Virus record (IMG/VR): IMGVR_UViG_3300030330_003185
Coordinates: 1 to 45,721 of that record
Origin: a virus
Taxonomy: Duplodnaviria > Caudoviricetes
Length of the DNA stretch: 45,721 nucleotides
Reading direction: 5' to 3' (one strand)
The position numbers and the translations under genes are program-made. Shown here piece by piece: positions 9,599 to 18,968 of this stretch (within the stretch, counting starts at the first letter, position 1; every line of letters starts with the position of its first letter). The notes under the pieces were generated by a model that saw nothing but the letters and a program-made list of their open reading frames with translations, was not told where the DNA came from and did not search any database.

Positions 9599-10380
9599 AT
9601 TTTCCCCTCCTTCAATTCAGGAATACCGTTCCAAATAATATTTGGTGGTGTTCCTTGTCTCGTAGTAAATTGCGTTCCAACAAGATTACCGTTGGTTCGA
9701 CTTCCGACTAACTCGGCAATATAGTGAATTTCACCCTTTACCTTTTTGCGGTAACAATGAATTTCTTGCTCAAGTTTTCCGCCCCAATCACGCCACTTTG
9801 GCTGAACGCCAACGGGTGAGTTATCAACGTATTTTTCTGCTTCGTGTGTAATATAAATTACATCACATTGAAGACTATAAATAGCACCTAATAGATGGCC
9901 AAAGGTTTTATTTCGCGCACCATATTGGTAAGGCATAATCTTTGTGACCACGGTAGGGTCGGGATTTACCTTCAAAATACAGGCTTCAAACCAAGAGTCC
10001 ACACCATCAATAACAAAAATTGGATCTTCTCCTTCGTTAATCTTCCCACGAACATACTTGATAAAGTCGTGAGAGTTCTTTTCAGAAGCCTTAATATCAG
10101 TCACATTTTTATCATTTACTTCAATAGGGCAATATACGACGATTCTATCTGTTGCATCATGATGTTCAATCCAAGTGGACTGAACACCCATGTCCCAATC
10201 TAAAACATAAATTGGACGGTCAGGAAAATCAAGAGCAATTCCTGTTTTTCCTGTCTTTGGTGCGCCCCAAATACCCAGAACCAAACGAGAACGTTCCCTT
10301 TTCTTTTCCAATTGGTCATTAAGTCTATCTTCAAATGAACCCGTTACTGCCTTTGTGTTTTTTCTATCAGAAAGTCCCAT
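9595..10380 (-). CDS. Sak4/RecA-like P-loop ATPase (probable annealing or recombination protein)
   Basis: Walker A GAPKTGKT, Walker B VIDGVD, ITHE; start moved to MGLSDR. Confidence 0.75.
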   Translation of the reverse strand: MGLSDRKNTKAVTGSFEDRLNDQLEKKRERSRLVLGIWGAPKTGKTGIALDFPDRPIYVLDWDMGVQSTWIEHHDATDRIVVYCPIEVNDKNVTDIKASEKNSHDFIKYVRGKINEGEDPIFVIDGVDSWFEACILKVNPDPTVVTKIMPYQYGARNKTFGHLLGAIYSLQCDVIYITHEAEKYVDNSPVGVQPKWRDWGGKLEQEIHCYRKKVKGEIHYIAELVGSRTNGNLVGTQFTTRQGTPPNIIWNGIPELKEGKI

Positions 10381-10642
10381 GACTACCACCAATTTCAAAT
10401 TCTTCGACATTCAAATTCTTGCCGTGGATATCTCCCCAAACGTTGAGGATATCTGCGACTTCTTTCTGTCCGTCTGCTTTATATCTGCATTCCTTTGAGC
10501 CAATATGGAACTTAATCCAATATTCGCCTGTTTTCTTTTCGTTTTCTCTAAACGTGATGAAGTCAACATTAAATAAGTCAACAACAAAATTGTTTGGATG
10601 TAAAAAATATCTATTTTCTTTAATCATTTTATTTTCCCCCAA
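10367..10642 (-). CDS. hypothetical protein
   Basis: Co-oriented 91-aa ORF in the operon. Confidence 0.6.
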   Translation of the reverse strand: MGENKMIKENRYFLHPNNFVVDLFNVDFITFRENEKKTGEYWIKFHIGSKECRYKADGQKEVADILNVWGDIHGKNLNVEEFEIGGSHGTF

Positions 10643-10703
10643 AGGGAGGGCTTTGCACCCTATTGAGCGTCATTCAACCGCCACGCTTACACGGTAGTTT
10701 AAA

Positions 10704-11951
10704 TCAGAACCAATCGTAGGCTTCCTCTTCAACAGGAGAAGCCTCAACAACTGAACCCTTACGCTCAATCACATAAAGGCCAGAGGCATTGATGGTTGCA
10801 GGTTCAGTTTCGCCATCAACGGTTCGTTGCGAAGTGTTGCCGATAACAATAACGGATGAACCGATACCGAAATCAATTTCCATGTGTTCTGGAATCCAAC
10901 AGGTAACTACACCATTACCTTCATAATCAAACTCAGCGTTGAGGTCAGTAATGTTTAGAATCCGGTTTCCGTTAGAAGTCGGAGTCATATTCATGTTACA
11001 GACCACGCCATCAGTTACGATAAAGCGTTGGTTATACGGCTTTTGCAGGTTCTCCATGTGCTTTCGGTCAAGGTCCACAAGAGAAACAACATTGTCCTTC
11101 AAAGAATCAACGAGGAAATCTTCAACGTTGAAGTTAGACATGTCGCGGTAATCAGAGTTATCAGGAGATAACGAACTGTTCAAGATAAGACTGTTTAGAG
11201 TCGTATCAGTCATTCCGTAAAGATTACCGTTTTCGTTTGGGATAGCGAGGAAGTGAACCCATTCAAACGTATTTGGTGCAAACTCCAAGCATGGATTTCG
11301 CTTATACGAGAATGGACGGATTTCCATTTCGCCACCATCAACGGAACCATAGAAGATTCCTTGACGACGGTATTCTTCAGGAGCAAGTGGCTTACCGAAA
11401 TTCTTGTTTTCAGCACCGTTCATGTATCGTTCGGTATCATCAAGAGGAATATAATACTGTCCATCATTTCCTTCTTCTGCGCCGGGAGGAAGATTAGTCA
11501 TAACCTTCTCCTGATATTCACCCTTTCGATAAGCCGAAACGGTCCACTTTCCAAGTGCATTTTGAGTCGCAACTGCAACAATACCCTTTTCCAGAGCATT
11601 ATCCACATCGCGGTTATATTCTTCCTTAGCCTTTCGACGCTTCCAAGCGAGAGTGTCGCGTGGTGCTTCAAGACCGACGAAGAAACCAAAACACTTCTTA
11701 ACGAGAGAATCCCCGCCAGAATTACTTGGTCGCTTCTGAGAACGTCGGTGTTGCATAACGAAACTGCGATAAAGAGCCAAACCCAGAGGGTCAGACAATT
11801 CATAGCCGTTTTCGTTACAGATGTTCTCATATTTTTGTTCTGCTTCTTCTTGCGTCATCCCAATGTATTGCAGGGAGTCTGCGATTTCTTTCTTTGTTTT
11901 TTCATTCATTTTATTCACCTTCAGGTAATTTTTTTGTTTATACTTGTCCAA
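10704..11951 (-). CDS. RPA-like OB-fold single-stranded DNA-binding protein
   Basis: C-terminal OB-fold pattern (GNRILNITD...VTCW...GSSVIVIG...INASGL); acidic-aromatic tail EEEAYDWF. Confidence 0.7.
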   Translation of the reverse strand: MDKYKQKNYLKVNKMNEKTKKEIADSLQYIGMTQEEAEQKYENICNENGYELSDPLGLALYRSFVMQHRRSQKRPSNSGGDSLVKKCFGFFVGLEAPRDTLAWKRRKAKEEYNRDVDNALEKGIVAVATQNALGKWTVSAYRKGEYQEKVMTNLPPGAEEGNDGQYYIPLDDTERYMNGAENKNFGKPLAPEEYRRQGIFYGSVDGGEMEIRPFSYKRNPCLEFAPNTFEWVHFLAIPNENGNLYGMTDTTLNSLILNSSLSPDNSDYRDMSNFNVEDFLVDSLKDNVVSLVDLDRKHMENLQKPYNQRFIVTDGVVCNMNMTPTSNGNRILNITDLNAEFDYEGNGVVTCWIPEHMEIDFGIGSSVIVIGNTSQRTVDGETEPATINASGLYVIERKGSVVEASPVEEEAYDWF

Positions 11952-12846
11952 CCATCCACGAAAGTAATACCTTCGGAGTCATAGTTGTGGACCGCCATTC
12001 TGCTTCGCCAATTGCTCTTAGGAACTTAAACTTGATTTTTGGTTCAAGAGTTTTGTTATTGATTACTGCGTCGTGTAAGCCGATGCAAATTTCTTTGATT
12101 GACCTACCTTGGACTAATAATTTCTGCAAGTGCAGAAGAGCGGAATTTTTATTTGTTAATAGTAATTCGAGTCCTTCAGAGTATTCTTCTAGACCAATTT
12201 CAATTTGCTTTTGAAGTGAGGTATTACTTGCCTTAGCCGCTTGGACTTCAGTAATCGCCCTCCTTAAGTCCAAGGAGCCACCGGCTATAAAGGACGACAA
12301 TTCATCTTCGCTAAAACGCTCGACTTCCTCTTTCTTGAGAATAGTTTGAAGAACTTCAAGAATTACTTCGTGGCTCAAAGGATTGAACCTGTAATTTGCA
12401 CACCTACTTTGAAGTGCAAAGATAATTTTATTTCTATCGTTACAGGTAATAATGAAACGAATATTCGAAGAATATCTTTCCATGATTCGCTTAAGAGCGT
12501 TCTGTGCATCCGAAGTCATCCCATCCATTTCATCAAGTAACATGATACGGAAAGGAACATCGCCAATCGTTCCACTTTGCGCCACAGATTTAATAGTGGT
12601 CCTTACGGTTTCTAGTCGCCTGTCGTCTGAAGCATTCACTTCCACAAAATTATCTCGGAAAGCATCACCAAGCATTGTCTTTGCTAGAGCGATTCCTGCC
12701 GCAGTTTTACCATTTCCGGGATTACCGAACAATAATACATTAGGCATATTACGTTCTTCCACCCAAGACTTAGCATCCATTGTGAAGTGTTCTTGACCGA
12801 CAATATCGTTTAGATTGTTTGGTCTATATTTTTCTGTCCATAGCAT
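11938..12846 (-). CDS. rfcS: replication factor C small subunit
   Basis: LWTEKYRP, GNPGNGKT, EVNASDDR, LDEMD, QNALKR, LQSRC, DLRRAI. Confidence 0.96.
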   Translation of the reverse strand: MLWTEKYRPNNLNDIVGQEHFTMDAKSWVEERNMPNVLLFGNPGNGKTAAGIALAKTMLGDAFRDNFVEVNASDDRRLETVRTTIKSVAQSGTIGDVPFRIMLLDEMDGMTSDAQNALKRIMERYSSNIRFIITCNDRNKIIFALQSRCANYRFNPLSHEVILEVLQTILKKEEVERFSEDELSSFIAGGSLDLRRAITEVQAAKASNTSLQKQIEIGLEEYSEGLELLLTNKNSALLHLQKLLVQGRSIKEICIGLHDAVINNKTLEPKIKFKFLRAIGEAEWRSTTMTPKVLLSWMVGQV

Positions 12847-12847
12847 T

Positions 12848-13198
12848 TTAATCCCTCAATCTAATAAATACCGAGCGCCCTTCCTTTTTTTCTTCAAAGA
12901 GATGAAGAACTGTTTTGTATCTAGTATAAGTCATTGCTTGAGAAATTTTCTTATCTTTTTGATAATCAAGCAAAAATTCTCTTTTTGCAACAAAAATGTT
13001 TTCTGGGTTGATTTCCTTCATAAAATTAATGAAGTCTGTATGTTTTTGAATAATTTTCTTTGTTACACTTTTACTCTTTTTTCTAGTAGGTTTAATAACA
13101 AAAGGAGCAAACTCTTCCCAAGTCCCTTCCATCTTAACAGTAATCTTTCCAAATAAGTTTTCTTTAATCTTAATTTTCAATTGAATCTCTCCATTCAT
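12848..13198 (-). CDS. protein with winged-helix domain homologous to the helicase C-terminus
   Basis: Ends SQAMTY...FEEKKEGRSVFIRL versus helicase SQASVY...FEMDKQGRSVFIRL. Confidence 0.7.
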   Translation of the reverse strand: MNGEIQLKIKIKENLFGKITVKMEGTWEEFAPFVIKPTRKKSKSVTKKIIQKHTDFINFMKEINPENIFVAKREFLLDYQKDKKISQAMTYTRYKTVLHLFEEKKEGRSVFIRLRD

Positions 13199-13466
13199 CT
13201 CTAACAGTCCAAAGATACCTTTTGTTCTTTGGCCTGTTAATATCTTCAGGCACTAGCCTGAGTTTCTTTTCATAGTCGCATTTTGCTAAAACATTAGCAG
13301 TTACCCTTGTTGATTTCGGTAACCAACCTTTCGGCATCTTAAATCTCAGCATAGATGTTAATGTTGATGTTGGAAGCGGCCTTCCTTCTTCTAAGATGAT
13401 TTCAACACAACCATCCACAATCTTTTTATTTCGTTTCGCATGTTTTCTAATTTGCATAATAATCAC
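13170..13466 (-). CDS. basic winged-helix-like protein
   Basis: IILEEGRPLPTSTLTSML pattern resembles wHTH. Confidence 0.5.
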   Translation of the reverse strand: MIIMQIRKHAKRNKKIVDGCVEIILEEGRPLPTSTLTSMLRFKMPKGWLPKSTRVTANVLAKCDYEKKLRLVPEDINRPKNKRYLWTVRDEWRDSIEN

Positions 13467-14347
13467 ATAAATTTATCTAGCGTCCCTGTATCATAGCGAA
13501 CAGGGTCCGTCTTCTTTCGTCGCTTCTTTTCTCCAATCTTCAGCATACGACATTCTGAATTGTTTAGTTTTGACTTGGCCCAATTTTTGAAGTCTTCGTC
13601 TTTAAGTAACTGTCTTAGAACCCTTTCATCCCTTACTCCTAGTTTTCTACAGATGTAGGGAATCTTAGAATAGTTGAACCTTTTCGGAAAGTTCATTCTT
13701 CCAACGTGTCCTCCTTCGTGAGAATAGGCAAGCATTTCCCAAAAGTAATCGCTTGACCACCTACGTTTAACATAACCATCCACAAAGATAAGTCTATTTG
13801 GATGCATATTTTCACTCAGCCAAGAAAGAATCTGGGTATCTGAATGGGCATTGAATTTAAGTTTATGCATCACTTCATCCCTATCTCGGCTCTTCAAGAA
13901 CTCCATACATAGACTAAAAACATCCATGTCGCTCTTAACAGGTTCTTCAGAGTTTGGAGCAATAGAAAGAATCTGATTGGCTAAGTGATTCGTTCTTCCT
14001 GCTCTTTTAATCTGACACATATCTTTGATTTCTTTAGGAACAGATTTTTCATTGATTGAAGTCAATACCACCTGCCCTCGATAGTTTCGAAGGATATGTA
14101 AAATGTCATCTTTGTTTGGCTTATGATGAACATCTTCAATAATGATTCCATCCTCTTTCGGATGAGAACCAATGTCTGTTGTGTCCACTTCGTTAGCGAA
14201 CATCAACAAAGGATTTTCGCAGAAGGTTTTCGCCTTCGTGCTTTTTCCATATCCGGGTTTTCCGGTAACTAAGATTGGTCTTATTGTTTTTGCACTAGTC
14301 AGTCCCATTCCAATTCTCTCCCATTTTAATTCTAAACAATTGTTCAA
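13463..14347 (-). CDS. rfcL: replication factor C large-subunit-like AAA+ ATPase
   Basis: Walker A GKPGYGKST, Walker B IIIEDVH, C-terminal PIP-like GTLDKFM; near rfcS. Confidence 0.7.
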   Translation of the reverse strand: MNNCLELKWERIGMGLTSAKTIRPILVTGKPGYGKSTKAKTFCENPLLMFANEVDTTDIGSHPKEDGIIIEDVHHKPNKDDILHILRNYRGQVVLTSINEKSVPKEIKDMCQIKRAGRTNHLANQILSIAPNSEEPVKSDMDVFSLCMEFLKSRDRDEVMHKLKFNAHSDTQILSWLSENMHPNRLIFVDGYVKRRWSSDYFWEMLAYSHEGGHVGRMNFPKRFNYSKIPYICRKLGVRDERVLRQLLKDEDFKNWAKSKLNNSECRMLKIGEKKRRKKTDPVRYDTGTLDKFM

Positions 14348-14714
14348 TTCCTTCTAATTTAAGATGCTCTCCATTTGAGACCAAAGATACTGCTTCTCTA
14401 AATGTTTTCCATTCTTGTTTTGAATCTGGTAATTCAGGTGAAACAATTTCACACAGTTTATACAGATTCTTAATCCCACCGATTCTTAAGATGGGTCTTG
14501 GTCTAGTCTTATGCTCACTTTGTTTATACACGGAATCAATATCGTGTTGAAGAAGACTTCTTTTAATGCCTAACAAGAATGGTTCAGAATCAGAACGAAG
14601 ATTTACTCTTAGCCTAACTCTATAACCAATGTTAGATGAATCAACCCTTTCGATTGAAACTTCTGTCTTAGCCAAACTAAGAAAGATACCTTCAAGGTTT
14701 TCTTTACTAAACAT
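14295..14714 (-). CDS. LAGLIDADG-fold protein with degenerate catalytic helix
   Basis: I-CreI-like layout (GYRVRLRV...FLLGIK...GEHLKLEGIEQL) but first helix LEGIFLSLA lacks the DG acidic residue. Confidence 0.6.
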   Translation of the reverse strand: MFSKENLEGIFLSLAKTEVSIERVDSSNIGYRVRLRVNLRSDSEPFLLGIKRSLLQHDIDSVYKQSEHKTRPRPILRIGGIKNLYKLCEIVSPELPDSKQEWKTFREAVSLVSNGEHLKLEGIEQLFRIKMGENWNGTD

Positions 14715-15063
14715 TATCTCTCACCTTCGCCATCCCAAGGTATTCTCCTTTTAATCTTAGGAATTCAAGTCCTTCTAACACCGTGCTTTCAACCATGTCT
14801 TCTAAATCAGAATAGTCTCCGGGGAAAATAAAGCATAGATTGATTCCTTGATATGTCCCTAATGCTTTTGCTAATTCTTCATCCACTTCATCATGCACTA
14901 ATGCAAATTCACCATTCTTACTTAGGAACAATAGTCTAACTGTTAAACCCTTAGAAAGCAACATCATTTCTTCTTCTGTTAGTTTAAAGAATACCATAAA
15001 AGAAAAAGATGTTACATTATCATATTTCTCTAGCCATTCAGTAACTAAGGGTTCCGAATACAT
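14707..15063 (-). CDS. hypothetical acidic protein
   Basis: Co-oriented overlapping ORF. Confidence 0.6.
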   Translation of the reverse strand: MYSEPLVTEWLEKYDNVTSFSFMVFFKLTEEEMMLLSKGLTVRLLFLSKNGEFALVHDEVDEELAKALGTYQGINLCFIFPGDYSDLEDMVESTVLEGLEFLRLKGEYLGMAKVRDNV

Positions 15064-15533
15064 CAGATTCCATCCTTAACATAATCATCATGACTCGAAT
15101 ATACATAATCCGGTGCGCTTTCGGGGATTGGGACATGCTGAATATGTCTTGGTTCAATTCTTTTGTGATTATGGAATTCGGCTTTCAATTCTGCTTGACT
15201 GATTAAGGCTTCACAGATACCTTCTAACTGTTCATGTAACCACATAATTGCATTCTTTGAAACTTGCATCTCAGTATTTTCTGCAATAATCTTTCTAATG
15301 TTGACTTTTGAAGTCAGTTTTCGTGTTGGAATCGCAGTAACGCTCACAGGCTCAGGGACAATAAGGCTTCCGTCTTCAGCGAAATAAGGGACCAACCTCG
15401 CCAACATCTTGCGAGGTCGCCCCTTATACGTTTCGACGTTTTGAAGATGGGCAGTTTGTCCCTCAATACGCATCACTTGATAAGTTTTACCATCAATTAC
15501 TGTAAATTGTCCTTCTTTAATCATCTTTACCAC
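15063..15533 (-). CDS. histone-fold protein with N-terminal SH3/KOW-like domain
   Basis: IRKIIAE..MQVSKNAI..L...LE...E.L...AE..A....KRIEPRHI matches the HMf/H3-H4 fold. Confidence 0.75.
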   Translation of the reverse strand: MVKMIKEGQFTVIDGKTYQVMRIEGQTAHLQNVETYKGRPRKMLARLVPYFAEDGSLIVPEPVSVTAIPTRKLTSKVNIRKIIAENTEMQVSKNAIMWLHEQLEGICEALISQAELKAEFHNHKRIEPRHIQHVPIPESAPDYVYSSHDDYVKDGI

Positions 15534-15888
15534 CTGCTTGCTTTAGGCAATTCTTTACTGCTTCAAAATCTGCTTCACTATCTAAAAGAAACAAAGCCGT
15601 TTGGATAATTGCATCAAGACGAACTTCTCGACTTGAAATCTTCATAGGCCTACGAGTCTTCATCTTCATTGTTCTTAGCATTACCCTTTCGGTGTTAATT
15701 GGCTTAGAACCGGGTGAAGTCTTTAGCCGTTGTTCATGTAACTTCTTAAGAACAATGTAGCCAGACTTTAGACGCTTCTTATGTAGGTTAAGTGCCTTTG
15801 CTACTTCATGCTTCCTTAAATCCCCAATACGGGAAACCGAGTTATCGTTCCAAACAAAGTAATTAAAGTTCTTGTGTTTAATAGCCAT
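15517..15888 (-). CDS. hypothetical basic protein
   Basis: Co-oriented 123-aa ORF. Confidence 0.6.
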   Translation of the reverse strand: MAIKHKNFNYFVWNDNSVSRIGDLRKHEVAKALNLHKKRLKSGYIVLKKLHEQRLKTSPGSKPINTERVMLRTMKMKTRRPMKISSREVRLDAIIQTALFLLDSEADFEAVKNCLKQAGGKDD

Positions 15889-17415
15889 TCAAATCATCCT
15901 CTCAACTTCTTCTAGTGTATTTACATCTTGTGCAAATTTATCATCTCTAATTCTAGTTACTCTAGGGAATCTTAGTCCAATGTTTCCATCAGAATCCCTA
16001 GTTACTACGTCTGCACTTACCTGCAAAACAACGCGAGGTAGCACAGAGTAGACATTACCCTTAAAACTTTCAACATTCTTTCTAAGGGTATTGGTTAGGT
16101 TAACAAGGTCAGAATCAGAAAAACCTGTCCCTACCCAACCAATTGGAGAATAGCCATCATCTGACTTTACTCCCATTTCAAAACGTCCAAAGACACCTGC
16201 TCTTTTTCCTTCACCATATGATGCTGAAACAATAACAACATCTAAATCAATTCGCGGTGGCTTGTGTTTAGCCCAAGAAACAGAACGCTTTCCGGGCTGA
16301 TATTCGGCATCTGCATCTTTTACGATGATGCCTTCAAAACCTGCATTAATCGCTTCGTGGTAGAAAGCGATTGCATCTCCGCCAATTTGTCGGTGGGCTT
16401 GGTTAGGTAACTCCTTCATAACTTCAAGCCTATGAGCGTAAGGAAGGCCCAACACGGCCTCGCCGTCCATCTTCAAACAATCGAAGATTACCCATGTTAC
16501 AGGGCATCTCCTGACGGCTTCCGCGTGGTCTTTGGAATGAACGCGGGTTCCCAATCGTTGATGAGGCGCAGGCGAACCGTCACCATGAATCGGGTAAATT
16601 TCACCATCAAAGATTGAGTTATCACAATCATAATCACGAATGATTTCGACAATATCTGGATATTGGTTAGTCACAATCTTACCCTTTCGATTGAAGATGA
16701 TAACGTTATCACCTTTCTTATGAATCTGGTATCTGTTACCATCGTATTTATAATCAACAATCCTATTCTTCGGCCACTTATTCAAGGGGACAGCCTTTGC
16801 TAACATAGGCGCAACAAACGTTCCGTGGTTTAGAATCATAGGTGGTTCCATTCCACCCATGTAATATTCGCAAACATTAGAAATGCTGTTGAAGTTAGTG
16901 TGCTTCTTTACTTCAGATTGTGTCTTCTTAAAATGCTTTGCGAGCATCTTTACAACATTTCCAGAGTTAATACCATTACGAGGTGTGCGTAGCCAATATC
17001 GAATAAACCACTTTCGTTCGATAGCAGAAAGTGAAACAATTAAGTCATTGATTGCTCTATTAGAATCTGAATTGATTCCCGAACAATCGGCTCCTAACAT
17101 TCGAAGAATTGTCGCTACAGATGTTCCCGTTTCTGAATCTGCTGAAGTGTCTAGGTAATAGACAACATCACCTAAGTCTTCATAGACTACCATATCTCCA
17201 TCAATTTCTTCTTCATGTAAATCAAAAGCCTTCGCCATCCACTTCTTTGCTCTCGATAGCCCAATGTTGTTTGAAGGATATTCTAAAGCAAGAATAGCAA
17301 GAACACTACTCTTATCTTCAAAATTCTCCAGAGCCTTCGAAATCATTGAGATTTGTCTGCTTGGTAGGGCTTGGTCCGTTGCTTCCAACAGATTGCTCAT
17401 CATCTTCCACGTCAT
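15889..17415 (-). CDS. lig: ATP-dependent DNA ligase
   Basis: PMLA, KYDGNRYQIHK, DGE, FDCL, EGIIVK, Y.PGKRS..W.K.K, GTGFSD, LRFPR. Confidence 0.97.
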   Translation of the reverse strand: MTWKMMSNLLEATDQALPSRQISMISKALENFEDKSSVLAILALEYPSNNIGLSRAKKWMAKAFDLHEEEIDGDMVVYEDLGDVVYYLDTSADSETGTSVATILRMLGADCSGINSDSNRAINDLIVSLSAIERKWFIRYWLRTPRNGINSGNVVKMLAKHFKKTQSEVKKHTNFNSISNVCEYYMGGMEPPMILNHGTFVAPMLAKAVPLNKWPKNRIVDYKYDGNRYQIHKKGDNVIIFNRKGKIVTNQYPDIVEIIRDYDCDNSIFDGEIYPIHGDGSPAPHQRLGTRVHSKDHAEAVRRCPVTWVIFDCLKMDGEAVLGLPYAHRLEVMKELPNQAHRQIGGDAIAFYHEAINAGFEGIIVKDADAEYQPGKRSVSWAKHKPPRIDLDVVIVSASYGEGKRAGVFGRFEMGVKSDDGYSPIGWVGTGFSDSDLVNLTNTLRKNVESFKGNVYSVLPRVVLQVSADVVTRDSDGNIGLRFPRVTRIRDDKFAQDVNTLEEVERMI

Positions 17416-17584
17416 TAAAATTCACCTCTGTATTTACTGTGTAAATTAAGTTCTTAATATCATCCGAAATTGTTTCATACTCTTTCGGTTCTTTTTCTTC
17501 AGTCACGAAAAACCAATGCAGGAAATTCGCAACCTTAATCCATTCATTCTTCTTCATCTTGCGATACATCATCAAGGCCCCCAA
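17318..17584 (-). CDS. hypothetical protein overlapping the ligase start
   Basis: 88-aa ORF ending in PIP-like KQTNLNDF. Confidence 0.5.
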   Translation of the reverse strand: MGALMMYRKMKKNEWIKVANFLHWFFVTEEKEPKEYETISDDIKNLIYTVNTEVNFNDVEDDEQSVGSNGPSPTKQTNLNDFEGSGEF

Positions 17585-17909
17585 GTAATCGAAGGAAGTT
17601 AGTCATCATCATTGATGTGACTTCAACCTCTTCAAATTTTTCCTGCTCAACAAAACGGTGTGTTAGTTGAATTAGTGTTGCTTGTGTTAAAGCAGGTGCA
17701 AGCCTAGCCAAACTATCATCTGTTTGAATTTCCCAATAACAAACGAAAGAAGCCCTTGCTAAGTAATTTGCATATCGCATTTCTGTAGCCTGCGATTGGA
17801 AGTGGTCATGTAATAGTGGATTCTTTTTCAGAATCTTGCCCATTTTCTTTGACCATTCTGCATATTTTTTATCATTCGTCGTCACTAGGTAAATCTTGTT
17901 CGTATTCAT
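17544..17909 (-). CDS. hypothetical protein
   Basis: Co-oriented ORF. Confidence 0.6.
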   Translation of the reverse strand: MNTNKIYLVTTNDKKYAEWSKKMGKILKKNPLLHDHFQSQATEMRYANYLARASFVCYWEIQTDDSLARLAPALTQATLIQLTHRFVEQEKFEEVEVTSMMMTNFLRLLGGLDDVSQDEEE

Positions 17910-18195
17910 TTAATACACTCTCCAAAATAAGTTCGTTCATTAGCGATTGCATCTTAGCAAAAGCGATATCTAAATGGTATGTTTGAACCCTGCAACCACG
18001 TCCTTTTCCGGGTGCAACGTCCATACTCTTTTCAACATATAACGCATATAAATCAACTAAGGAAGAAGCATGTGTAACAAACCTTCCTACTGCCCCACTT
18101 CCATATTGTCGTTTTGGATTTGCTGCTCTCGCTGATTTCTTAGCCTGCACATCACTAATGCGCTTTGGTTTAATCTTTTTTACTGTTTCAGTCAT
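17872..18195 (-). CDS. divergent histone-fold protein with basic N-terminal tail
   Basis: RQYGSGAVGRF...LVDLYALYVEKSM...GRGCRVQTYHLDIAF fits L1-a2-L2-a3 spacing of histone folds. Confidence 0.5.
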   Translation of the reverse strand: MTETVKKIKPKRISDVQAKKSARAANPKRQYGSGAVGRFVTHASSLVDLYALYVEKSMDVAPGKGRGCRVQTYHLDIAFAKMQSLMNELILESVLNEYEQDLPSDDE

Positions 18196-18394
18196 CTAAC
18201 TCTCTCCTGAGAATGTTGAGAAGATATGTAGCCTCTTCTCGATTAAGGCGAATGCCTTTACGGGAAATCTTATCTCCCTTAAACCAACGAATATCAATTA
18301 CGTCAATTTTATAATAGTTACCCTTGCGAACCTTAACTACATCAGTTTCGTTTCGGGGAATAGTTCCAATCAATTCGAAACCATCATCAGTCAT
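18188..18394 (-). CDS. PC4/Sub1 (p15)-like ssDNA-binding transcription coactivator
   Basis: VIDIRWF...SRKGIRLN signature. Confidence 0.85.
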   Translation of the reverse strand: MTDDGFELIGTIPRNETDVVKVRKGNYYKIDVIDIRWFKGDKISRKGIRLNREEATYLLNILRRELDD

Positions 18395-18786
18395 AGGGAT
18401 TCCTCCTTAAACTTCTCTAAATCTTTCCACGTTCTAAAATAGCGCGGGGCTTCTAATTGGTCTAATCGGTTAGCAATCCAACAGGCTCCACCGATTGAAG
18501 ATACCTGCACAATTTCATATTGACCGCTACTGACTTCAGTAACTTCTTTTGTTGAAACTTCAGGAACAAGTCCATACATTCTAGTCAATTCAAAGGCTAC
18601 ATCGTTTAGGTTATCATTGATGTATTTAATGATGTGCGCCCTTTGAATAGGAATCTTAGGGGCAACCTGAAATTTAATCTTTCCGGTCATATTGCACACC
18701 TTACATTTATTTCCTTCACAAATTGGACAGTTAATTTCTGCATCGTGTGGCGCAGGTAATGTAACTGTAACTGCGCGTTTCATCAA
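18391..18786 (-). CDS. protein with DnaJ-type zinc-finger repeat
   Basis: CPICEG..CKVCNMTG. Confidence 0.6.
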   Translation of the reverse strand: MMKRAVTVTLPAPHDAEINCPICEGNKCKVCNMTGKIKFQVAPKIPIQRAHIIKYINDNLNDVAFELTRMYGLVPEVSTKEVTEVSSGQYEIVQVSSIGGACWIANRLDQLEAPRYFRTWKDLEKFKEESL

Positions 18787-18968
18787 TGTTTCCTCCCCGG
18801 TTCATTAACGCCTGTAATATAGAAGAACTTTCCGTCAGGAGCCATGTAAATATTTTTCCTAAACAAATGGTGTGACTCTAGTTTCTTTTCACCATTCTTA
18901 GATAAGTTTCTTTCCAACAAAACAATATAGTCTAAAAGTTCTTGGTGCATAACTTGAGGCATAATCAT
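18783..18968 (-). CDS. hypothetical protein
   Basis: 61-aa co-oriented ORF with ATGA overlaps. Confidence 0.5.
   Translation of the reverse strand: MIMPQVMHQELLDYIVLLERNLSKNGEKKLESHHLFRKNIYMAPDGKFFYITGVNEPGRKH

Noticed and set aside
15889-17415. Ligase start MTWKMM and DUF4177 start MKWENTYK as members of the WxDILK tag family
   Set aside because: They lack the D/N-I-L-K part; probably coincidental
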